A stretch of 33,971 bases of DNA from a bacterium (GTDB lineage: Bacteria > Patescibacteriota > Minisyncoccia > Phycocordibacterales > SBAW01). Each line of letters starts with the position of its first letter. The first letter of the stretch is position 1. Where the stretch lies: contig JAKAHS010000002.1 in assembly GCA_021814825.1 (NCBI GenBank), forward strand, positions 1-33,971, read 5' to 3'. The notes beneath the pieces were generated by a model, which made no database searches, was not told where the DNA came from, and saw nothing but the letters and a program-made list of their open reading frames with translations. This document shows positions 25,432 through 33,265 of this stretch, piece by piece. A program made the position numbers and the translations under genes.

Positions 25432-26277
25432 CTACGGTATTGGTGCGCCGCTGAGGAATGTTACCGTCGTGTTGATGACGTTATTCGTCGCAGCAGCCGC
25501 ACCGCCGCCCGTCGTCGCGCCCGCAACCACCGTACTACTGCTCGTGGTCGTGGTTGCAGCAGCGGTGCCAGCCGTACTGCCGCTGGTGGCAGCCGCCGTG
25601 CCGCCACCGCTGGTCGCAGCAGCCGCACCGCCGCCCGTCGTCGCGCCCGCAACCACCGTACTACTGCTCGTGGTCGTGGTTGCAGCGGTTGTGCCAGCCG
25701 AACCAGCCGTGGTGCCGGCCGGCAATGCCGGGGCACCCAACTGGGTCACTGACGTATTTATCGGCTGTTGCGGCTGAGGAGCTGGCGGCGAACTGCTGTG
25801 CCGATGCTTCAGGATCGTCAGAATCCGAGATGCCAATACGACGACCATGATGCTAGCCACGATCTTCGTCCTCGCCGTCCAGTACGTTTCCGTCTCGGAG
25901 GTGGTGGCGCCGGCAGTGCAGACGCCATCGCTCCAGCACTGGATGCCGATGATGTCCGGCAGCGTAACGTTGTCGATCTTCACCGTCGCCAGCACACGAT
26001 AGTGTTGGTACGTACTTCCGTCCATCAGCGTTACCGCCCGGCAGACCTTCTCGACGGGAATCCCTGTTGTTTCCTTGCCGCCGATCTTCACTACGAAGTG
26101 TGACATAGCCTGAAGTGCGCGGTTGTCGATCGGCGTCGTGGGAACATCGCAGGGGATGTTCTGGACGTTCACGGCCTGCGGCCGCACTGCCGGTTCTTCC
26201 TGCGTGTTCGCTGCCGCGAAGCAGGGGACCCACTCGAAGAACAAGACGAATGCGAGCATGCGAGCGATCACTTTCAT
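25432..26277 (-). CDS. Exported/membrane protein with Cys-containing domain, TM helix and Thr/Ala/Gly-rich tail
   Basis: SD AAGGAGGT, signal-like N-terminus, TM IVASIMVVVLASRILTIL, ATGA overlap with upstream gene; terminator hairpin 25363-25416. Confidence 0.75.
   Translation of the reverse strand: MKVIARMLAFVLFFEWVPCFAAANTQEEPAVRPQAVNVQNIPCDVPTTPIDNRALQAMSHFVVKIGGKETTGIPVEKVCRAVTLMDGSTYQHYRVLATVKIDNVTLPDIIGIQCWSDGVCTAGATTSETETYWTARTKIVASIMVVVLASRILTILKHRHSSSPPAPQPQQPINTSVTQLGAPALPAGTTAGSAGTTAATTTTSSSTVVAGATTGGGAAAATSGGGTAAATSGSTAGTAAATTTTSSSTVVAGATTGGGAAAATNNVINTTVTFLSGAPIP
25487..25686. repeat. Exact 74-bp direct repeat, period 126 bp (in frame)
   Basis: 25487-25560 is identical to 25613-25686. 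Confidence 0.9.
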
Positions 26278-26525
26278 GATGCACCTCCTTCCTTCTTCTT
26301 GTCCGCGGTCGGCGTGTCCGGGGCGACCCGTTCACACCTGCCCGAGGAACAATCGAACACCGTCGTATTTACGCGGTCAGCGAAGCCATTCATCGTCTTG
26401 AGGACGATGGTTTGTTTCGTTCCTTCGACCGTGTTGGTCATGCTGGTGGGCGGCGCGAATGAAGCGCAACCGGCCAACGTGGAGAGTGCGGCGCAGAGCG
26501 CCGCAAAGCGCAGTGCTTTTTTCAT
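26274..26525 (-). CDS. Small predicted lipoprotein, 83 aa
   Basis: MKKALRFAALCAALSTLAG|C lipobox, AGGA SD, CSSGRC pair. Confidence 0.75.
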   Translation of the reverse strand: MKKALRFAALCAALSTLAGCASFAPPTSMTNTVEGTKQTIVLKTMNGFADRVNTTVFDCSSGRCERVAPDTPTADKKKEGGAS

Positions 26526-26670
26526 TTCTTATTCCTTTCCTGTGCGCGGGTGGCGCAAAATTACAAGGAACTGCAACGATCTTGCTGTCGCAGTCATCAT
26601 TGAGGCTGCCAGAAGTATGCATGAAATTTAATAAAAGTCAACCCTTCGGGCGGTCTGATATACTGAGCTC

Positions 26671-27453
26671 ATGGTCAAGAAAAAACTCCTCATCATCGCG
26701 AATTGGAAGATGTATGTGGCGACGTCGCTTGAAGCGCGCAGGGCGCTGCAGTCGCTGCGCAAGCAGTCGCTCGTATTGCGCGGCGCCGAGATGGTCATTG
26801 CGCCTTCGTTCGCGCTTCTTTCTGCGGTCGTCGATGCCACGAAGGGTTCGAAGATCGGCGTGGCCGCGCAGTCGGTCTCGCCGTGCGCAGATGGCGCGCA
26901 TACCGGCGACGTGTCGGCTTTGATGCTCAAGGCGGTCGGCGCGAAGAGCGTGATCATCGGACACTCGGAGCGCCGCGCAAGCGGTGAGACCGACGCGATG
27001 ATCCGCGAAGAGATCACGCAAGCACTGAGCGCGGGACTTCGGGTGGTGTTATGCGTCGGCGAGAAGGAGCGCGACCACGACCACGGTTCACACTTCGCAT
27101 TCATCGCTTCACAGCTTCGGTCGGCGCTCGCCGATCTTGCTAAGTCGGATGCGCACCATCTGGTCATCGCCTATGAACCGGTCTGGGCGATCGGAAAGAG
27201 CGCGAATGCCGCCATGGCTCCTGCTGCGCTGCGCGAGACCTCGATCTTCATCAAGAAGATTTTGGTAGAACACTTCGGTCGCGAAGCTGGCATCTCGGTC
27301 CCGATCCTCTATGGCGGTTCGGTCGACGAGACCAATGCTGGCGCGCTGGTTAGCGGAGGCGAGGTGGACGGGCTGCTGGTCGGACGAGCGAGCGTGAAGG
27401 CATCATCGCTCGCCGCGCTTATCCAAGCATGCAAGGCGGCCGCTCAAAAGTAA
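26671..27453 (+). CDS. tpiA: Triosephosphate isomerase
   Basis: ANWKM, GAHTGDVS, IIGHSERR, AYEPVWAIG, LYGGSV, DGLLVGRAS. Confidence 0.96.
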   Translation: MVKKKLLIIANWKMYVATSLEARRALQSLRKQSLVLRGAEMVIAPSFALLSAVVDATKGSKIGVAAQSVSPCADGAHTGDVSALMLKAVGAKSVIIGHSERRASGETDAMIREEITQALSAGLRVVLCVGEKERDHDHGSHFAFIASQLRSALADLAKSDAHHLVIAYEPVWAIGKSANAAMAPAALRETSIFIKKILVEHFGREAGISVPILYGGSVDETNAGALVSGGEVDGLLVGRASVKASSLAALIQACKAAAQK

Positions 27454-28565
27454 TGAGATCGATCAAAGACATAGAGGTACACGGCAAACGCGTGCTTCTG
27501 CGCACGGGACTCAACGTGCCGGTCGATGCCTCTGGCGCGGTGGGTGATGTATTCCGTCTCACGCGAGCACTCATGACGATAGAATATCTCTCTGGGCGCG
27601 GCGCGCGGACGGTCGTCATCGGACATTTGGGACGCAGCGGCGACAGCCTGCGCCCGGTCTATGAAAAGCTCGCGAGTCTCACGAAAACGTCGATCAGATT
27701 TTTTGATGGAGCGTTCGATGCGGCGCGCGCTGAGGCAGAGAAGCTTCACGATGGGGAATGTCTCATGCTTGAGAATGTTCGCCGCGATGATGGTGAAGAG
27801 AAGAACGACCTCACGTTCGCGTGTACGCTCGCCGACCTCGGCGATCTATATGTGAATGATGCATTTGCCGACTCGCACCGCGTGCATGCGTCGATCGTCG
27901 GCGTTGCAACACTCTTGCCGTCATATGCAGGACTCCTCATGGAAGAAGAAGTGTCGCAGCTCTCCGGCGCACTCACGCCTCCTTCCGGCTCGATTGCGAT
28001 CGTCGGTGGCGCGAAGTTCGAGACCAAACAGCCGCTCATCGAAAAACTTCTCGGCCTCTACGGCAAGGTGTGCGTCGGCGGCGCGATCGCGAATGATTTT
28101 TTGAAAGCGCGCGGCTTGAATGTCGGCGCGTCACTCATATCAGATATATTGCCGCCCTCAGAGCTCGTGCACGATCCGCGCGTCCTAGTGCAGAGCGATG
28201 TGGTAGTGCGCAGCGAAAGCGGCGCGCGCACCTGTGATGCTGCCGACATCGGAGGAAAGGAGGCGATCGTCGATGCGGGGCCGGAGACGACCGAAGCGTG
28301 GGGTTCGTTGATCGCACAAGCGCCGCTCGTGCTCTGGAACGGCCCGCTCGGCGTGTATGAAGAGAACTTCACCGCGGGTACTGATGCGCTGGCGCAAGCG
28401 ATTGACACGAGCGCGCGACGCGCGATCGTCGGCGGCGGCGACACACTCGCTGCGATAGAGAAATTTTCATTCGATTCGTCCCAGGTCTTTCTCTCAACCG
28501 GCGGCGGCGCCATGCTTGAGTTTCTCTCAACCGGCACGCTGCCGGGGATTGAGGCGCTCGGGTAG
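27453..28565 (+). CDS. pgk: Phosphoglycerate kinase
   Basis: GHLGR, LENVR, YVNDAF, GGAKFETK, WNGPLGVYE, GGGDT, STGGGAMLEFL; TAATG coupling to tpiA. Confidence 0.95.
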   Translation: MRSIKDIEVHGKRVLLRTGLNVPVDASGAVGDVFRLTRALMTIEYLSGRGARTVVIGHLGRSGDSLRPVYEKLASLTKTSIRFFDGAFDAARAEAEKLHDGECLMLENVRRDDGEEKNDLTFACTLADLGDLYVNDAFADSHRVHASIVGVATLLPSYAGLLMEEEVSQLSGALTPPSGSIAIVGGAKFETKQPLIEKLLGLYGKVCVGGAIANDFLKARGLNVGASLISDILPPSELVHDPRVLVQSDVVVRSESGARTCDAADIGGKEAIVDAGPETTEAWGSLIAQAPLVLWNGPLGVYEENFTAGTDALAQAIDTSARRAIVGGGDTLAAIEKFSFDSSQVFLSTGGGAMLEFLSTGTLPGIEALG

Positions 28566-28982
28566 CTACAACTCTGCGCGGATCTTTTCTGCCACGGTAT
28601 CGGCCTCGCCCTCTTTATAGGAGTGTTGCGGCCAGAGTTTGAGACCGTCATTAAGGAAACGGGGGATGATGTGCACGTGCACATGGTCGATGACCTGCCC
28701 GGCATGTTCACGGTTGTTCATCATCAGATTGACGCCGCGCGCACCGAGGCTTTTTTCAATAGCGATCGATACCTTGCGCACGGTTTCCATTACAGCAGCC
28801 CAATCTTCGGGTGTTACGTCAAAGATATTAGTGGCGGAGCCGTTCTTGGGAACGACCAGCGTGTGGCCGTTATTGACCGGCCGCGCATCGAGAAACGCGA
28901 GCGTTTTGTCGTCTTCATACACCACCTGTGCCGGAATGTCTCCCGCCACGATCTTGCAAAAGACGCAATCGGTGTGTTCCAT
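28566..28982 (-). CDS. HIT family nucleotide hydrolase
   Basis: DCVFCKIV, GHTLVVPK, HVHVHIIPR histidine triad. Confidence 0.93.
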   Translation of the reverse strand: MEHTDCVFCKIVAGDIPAQVVYEDDKTLAFLDARPVNNGHTLVVPKNGSATNIFDVTPEDWAAVMETVRKVSIAIEKSLGARGVNLMMNNREHAGQVIDHVHVHIIPRFLNDGLKLWPQHSYKEGEADTVAEKIRAEL

Positions 28983-29004
28983 GCGTTTAGTATACAATTG
29001 ACCC

Positions 29005-30864
29005 ATGCAAAAAAGCTACCGACTGTGCGAGGTGAATACTGAAGACGGTCGCTCGCGCGAAGCACTCGCCGGATATCCGGAGATCATGCGCGACCTGCTT
29101 CTGGCACGCGACATCGAGACCTATGATGAAGCGGAAAAATTTCTCGCTCCCGATTTCGAACGTGACTCGCACGACCCGTTCTTACTGCCCGACATGGAGA
29201 AGGCGGTGGAACGGATCATTGCGGCGGTCCGCGCGTCTGAGCAGATATGCGTGTGGAGCGATTATGATTGCGATGGCATTCCGGGCGGCGTCATGCTCGT
29301 GGAATTTTTGCGATCGATCGGCGCGCAGGTGCGGCACTACATTCCGCATCGCCACAACGAAGGGTACGGTCTGAACATCGAAGGCATCGATGAGATAGCA
29401 AGTGGCGGAGTGACGCTCATGATCACCGTTGATCTCGGCATCACCGATCTTGAGGCGGTCGCGTATGCGCGCGAGCGCGGCATCGAGGTGATCATCACCG
29501 ATCATCATCTGCCTGTCCTCCGTAACCTTGGTGAAGAAGGGCCGGGCGAGGTGTTACCGGAGGCGCTGGCGGTAGTGGACGCTCACCGCACTGACTCGCA
29601 GTATCCATTCAAGGAACTCTGCGGCGCCGGTGTCGCATGGAAGCTCGTGCAAGCGATCCTCTCGCGCGATCGGTTCGGCATGAAAGAAGGACAGGAGAAG
29701 TGGCTGCTCGATCTTGTCGGTCTTGCCACACTCTCCGACATGGTGCCGCTTGTCGGAGAAAACAGGATGCTCGCGCGCTTCGGTCTTCTGGTGATGCGCA
29801 AGAATAGGCGGCCCGGTCTGCGCGCGCTCTTTGCGCTCATGAAGATGCGCGCGCAGACGCTCACGGAAGATGACATCGTGTTCATGGTGACGCCGCGCAT
29901 CAATGCCGCGTCGCGCATGGATTCGCCGCAGATCGCGGCGGAACTTCTCGGTGCGCAGGATGACGCGCAAGCGCGCGCATACGCCGAGCGGCTTCAGCAT
30001 CTCAACGATGAACGCAAAGGCACGGTCGCGTCGATCGTGAAAGAGGCGCGCAAGCGATTGCGCGAGCGGGAAATGGATACGACGGTAAGCTCGCAGAAAA
30101 GTACTCAGATGCTAGGCGCGCAAGCATCGGCGCGCGAGGCGTATTCGACATACGATGAGCGTGACGACGCGCAGCGCAACAACGCAGATGGGAACTTTTC
30201 TGCGAGCGGAAAGAAACTGGTCGTGATCGGCGACCCCTCGTGGCGGCCGGGCGTTCTCGGACTCGTAGCCAATGCGCTGGTCGAGAGCGAGGGCGTCCCG
30301 GCATTCGTGTGGGGACGTCATGGGGACGCGGAAGCGCTCAAGGGTTCGTGTCGCTCCGACGGCAGCATCAACGTGGTCGATCTCATGCGCGCCGCAGGCG
30401 ATGTGTTCCTCGACGTCGGCGGACACGCGCAGTCGGGTGGCTTCTCGCTCGCCGTCGAGCGTGCGCATGAACTTGCGCCGGCGCTCATCACGGCTCATGC
30501 ACAACTTTCCTCGTCGAGCGCGGCAGAGTGTTTCATCGACATCGATCGCACGCTCGGTGTTCGTGATGCGCGCACCGCGTTCGCGGCGCTCGAAAAGCTC
30601 TCGCCGTTCGGTGTCGGCAACCAAAAACCGCTTTTCAAATTCAATGCGCTTTCGGTTTCATATATAAAAACGTTCGGCAAGCAGAGTGATCACCTTGAGA
30701 TCGGCTTTATCCAAGAGGGCGCCTCGATCGTCGGTATTTCTTTTTTCAGCACGGCCGATTCATTCGCGCGCGCGCCGAAAGTCGGCATGCCGGTCGACAT
30801 CGTCGCGCATGTTGAGAAGGACTTTCGGGGGCAACCCAGACTCCGAATCATTGATATACTGTAG
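29005..30864 (+). CDS. recJ: Single-stranded-DNA-specific exonuclease RecJ with ~40-aa insertion
   Basis: DYDCDG, ITVDLG, TDHH, LSDMVPL, PRINAASR, GSCRS, GGHAQSGG, PFGVGN. Confidence 0.94.
   Translation: MQKSYRLCEVNTEDGRSREALAGYPEIMRDLLLARDIETYDEAEKFLAPDFERDSHDPFLLPDMEKAVERIIAAVRASEQICVWSDYDCDGIPGGVMLVEFLRSIGAQVRHYIPHRHNEGYGLNIEGIDEIASGGVTLMITVDLGITDLEAVAYARERGIEVIITDHHLPVLRNLGEEGPGEVLPEALAVVDAHRTDSQYPFKELCGAGVAWKLVQAILSRDRFGMKEGQEKWLLDLVGLATLSDMVPLVGENRMLARFGLLVMRKNRRPGLRALFALMKMRAQTLTEDDIVFMVTPRINAASRMDSPQIAAELLGAQDDAQARAYAERLQHLNDERKGTVASIVKEARKRLREREMDTTVSSQKSTQMLGAQASAREAYSTYDERDDAQRNNADGNFSASGKKLVVIGDPSWRPGVLGLVANALVESEGVPAFVWGRHGDAEALKGSCRSDGSINVVDLMRAAGDVFLDVGGHAQSGGFSLAVERAHELAPALITAHAQLSSSSAAECFIDIDRTLGVRDARTAFAALEKLSPFGVGNQKPLFKFNALSVSYIKTFGKQSDHLEIGFIQEGASIVGISFFSTADSFARAPKVGMPVDIVAHVEKDFRGQPRLRIIDIL
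30089..30207 (+). repeat. Hairpin element, copy B, in frame inside recJ
   Basis: Ends GCTCGCAGAAAAGT / ACTTTTCTGCGAGC; core GAGG-CGTAT-TCGAC-ATACG-AT-GAGCG. Confidence 0.75.
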
Positions 30865-30990
30865 GCGGAATCGTGGAGATCGCGATCTGCTGCGTTGCGG
30901 GCACCCGCCTCGCTCATCGCCGTACCAACGCAGTACGTCTCTCTCGCTCGCAGCCCGCGCCTTGCATCTCATCGACCTCCACGATTCCGC
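30865..30990 (-). repeat. Hairpin element, copy C, between recJ and rnhA
   Basis: Ends GCGGAATCGTGGAG / CTCCACGATTCCGC; minus-strand core GAGA-CGTAC-TGCGTTG-GTACG-GC-GATGAGCG. Confidence 0.75.
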
Positions 30991-31002
30991 AGACTCTTAA
31001 AT

Positions 31003-31731
31003 ATGTCCCAGAAGAAAACTTTTTTAATTTTTTGTGACGGAGCGTCCAAGGGCAATCCGGGCCCAGGCGGCTGGGGCGCGATCGTTTCATATCAAGGCCG
31101 CGTCGAGGAACTTGGCGGTAGCGAGAAACATACCACCAACAATCGCATGGAGATGACCGCCGCACTCCGCGCGCTGCAACACGCCGCGTCATTCTCCGGC
31201 ACAAGCGACGCGCACATCGTGCTTCATACCGATTCGTCCTATCTCATAAACGGCATCACGAAGTGGGTGAGGGGATGGAAGACGCGCGGCTGGAAGACCG
31301 CGGAGAAAAAAGATGTGCTCAATCGCGATCTGTGGGAAGAGCTTGATGCGGTCGTGTCGCGTTTGCCGAAGATCGAGTGGAAGTATGTCGGCGGTCATGT
31401 CGGCATCGCGGGCAATGAACGCGTCGATGAGATCGCGAGCGACCTCGCACTTGGCAAGCATGTTGAACTTCATACGGGCACGCGCGAGAGTTATGCGCAC
31501 GACATCGAGTCGATCGTGCATGATGAAGAAAAAAAGAAAATGAAAAGTGCGACGAGCACGCGATCAAAACAAAAAGCGCACTCGTATGTGAGCTGCGTCG
31601 ACGGCGAGGTGCGCGTGCACAGAACATGGAGCGAGTGCGAAGCGCGCGTGCGCGGCAAACGAGCGCGATACAAAAAATCTTTGTCGCCTGCGGATGAAGC
31701 GGCGATCATTTCTGAATTTAAAAAAGGTTAG
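31003..31731 (+). CDS. rnhA: Ribonuclease HI with C-terminal hybrid-binding-like domain
   Basis: FCDGASKGNPGPGGWG, TTNNRMEM, TDSSY, NRDLWEEL, GHVGIAGNERVD. Confidence 0.93.
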   Translation: MSQKKTFLIFCDGASKGNPGPGGWGAIVSYQGRVEELGGSEKHTTNNRMEMTAALRALQHAASFSGTSDAHIVLHTDSSYLINGITKWVRGWKTRGWKTAEKKDVLNRDLWEELDAVVSRLPKIEWKYVGGHVGIAGNERVDEIASDLALGKHVELHTGTRESYAHDIESIVHDEEKKKMKSATSTRSKQKAHSYVSCVDGEVRVHRTWSECEARVRGKRARYKKSLSPADEAAIISEFKKG

Positions 31732-31760
31732 AACCCATCTCAAAATAAATGGCGTGACGA

Positions 31761-31856
31761 GAGGACCGTTTCGCGAGCGAGACGAAGCCGTGGAGCACGA
31801 AGCGTACTTTGCTACGTTGAGCGTGAACGGCAAGTCGCAGCCGCGAAACGGTCCTC
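31761..31856 (+). repeat. Hairpin element, copy D, after rnhA
   Basis: Ends GAGGACCGTTTCGCG / CGCGAAACGGTCCTC; core GAAG-CGTA-CTTTGC-TACG-TT-GAGCG. Confidence 0.7.
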
Positions 31857-31961
31857 GCAGTAGCCAAGTGCTATAGTAGACTTGTCATTCACGATTTATT
31901 TTGAGATGGGTTCTAATACTATTTTTTACAATCCCATCGAGGATGATCACTGCCGGTCATC

Positions 31962-32890
31962 ATGCTCTACATTCTTACGATCGGGATCTGCATCGGTGTT
32001 GCGCTCGGTCTTGTCGTGCCAGTGAGTATCGCGGCGTACCTCGCTCTGCTCTTGGTAAGTGCGCTCAGCCTCGTGTTCGGACGCAGGTCGGCCCGTGCTC
32101 TCATCGTTGCGCTGGCGTGTGCGGCGATCGTCGTGGGACTTGCACGAGCAGAATTCTTTATGCAAACGGTCGCGCATGAAAATGTTCTGCAGTTCGCAGG
32201 AAAGCAGGCGGTCATTGATGGAGTGGTCGTGAATGATCCCGAGCGGCGCGACACGTCGCTACGGCTTGAGATCAACGTTGCGACAATCGACGACGCGCCA
32301 GCGCGCGGCGTGATCCTTGCGGAGGTGCCGCGCGATGGATCTATTTCCTACGGCGACCGCGTGCGCGTGCGCGGCGCGATCATGGCTCCGCAGGCATTCG
32401 ATGCGGAGGGCGGCCGACAATTCGATTACCCGATCTATCTGCGCGTGCACGGTATCGGCGCGATCATGTATCGCGGGAGCGTCCTTGAAGACGCGCGCGG
32501 CGGTTTCTCGGTGCAGGGCTCACTCTTCGCGATCAAACATGCGTTCGAGTCATCGCTCGATCGCGCGTTCGTCGAGCCGGATACATCGCTTATCAAGGGC
32601 GTGCTGCTTGGTGAGCGCCACGGACTTCCCGCCGATCTCGAGAGTGCTTTGGTCGCTGCCGGTCTCATCCATATCGTCATCCTCGCGGGCTACGCGCTCT
32701 CGATCGTGTCGCGCGGTGTGCTTCGCGGGCTCGCGTTCATCATGCCGAAGCGACCGCGCCTGGGGGTCAGCGCGCTTCTCCTCGTGGCGTTCGTGCTGAT
32801 GACCGGTGCTGCCTCGACCACCGTGCGTGCGAGCATCATGGCGCTCATCGCGATGCTCGCGCGCGCCTTGGAGCGGCCGTCGATCGCACG
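31962..32890 (+). CDS. comEC: ComEC/Rec2 competence protein, truncated at a sequence junction
   Basis: TM N-terminus, OB-like domain, FDYPIYL, GVLLGER, AGLIHIVILAGY, TGAASTTVRASIM; similarity ends at ERPSIA. Confidence 0.85.
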
Positions 32891-33264
32891 CACCGACCCC
32901 CCTCCGGATCGCCGTCCCGGTGAAGACGCCGGAGCCGGTCCGTCAGCCGACGCCCACCCCCTCTTCCGCCAGGCTTCGCATCACGTTCCAGTGCCCCTTC
33001 CGCGAAGGCTACGTGATGGTGCGGCTCAACGACCGCGAGATCTTCCGGCGCAACGTCGACTTCGGGAAGAAGAGCTCCGGAGGGTACGTCGAGGGGACCG
33101 TGGACGTCCCGGCCGGGCCGGGCGAGTTCAAGGTCTGGGCCATCGCGGCGGACCGCTCGGTCAACGGGTACCAGGTCTACAAGACGCTCGTCCCGGGGGG
33201 CGAGACGCGGAACCTCGCGCTCGATCTCGAGGGAGGGCGTACCCTCTCGGTCACCCTGCGGTGA
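32890..33264 (+). CDS. 3' fragment of an unrelated gene (Pro/Thr linker plus beta-sandwich-like domain)
   Basis: PTPLRIAVPVKTPEPVRQPTPTPSSARLRITFQCPFREG...LSVTLR*; no start of its own; very high GC3. Confidence 0.6.
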   Translation, partial: APTPLRIAVPVKTPEPVRQPTPTPSSARLRITFQCPFREGYVMVRLNDREIFRRNVDFGKKSSGGYVEGTVDVPAGPGEFKVWAIAADRSVNGYQVYKTLVPGGETRNLALDLEGGRTLSVTLR

Positions 33265-33265
33265 G

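Noticed and set aside
24716..25686. CRISPR array or DGR template/variable repeat pair
   Set aside because: Repeats are in-frame coding, lack unique spacers and adenine-specific mismatches; no cas or RT genes
24170..26277. Sortase substrates (PPPTG, LPAGT)
   Set aside because: Neither motif is followed by a hydrophobic helix and basic tail
1..32890. Alternative genetic code (TGA as Gly, as in Gracilibacteria)
   Set aside because: Conserved genes are full length under code 11 and several end at TGA in the expected place
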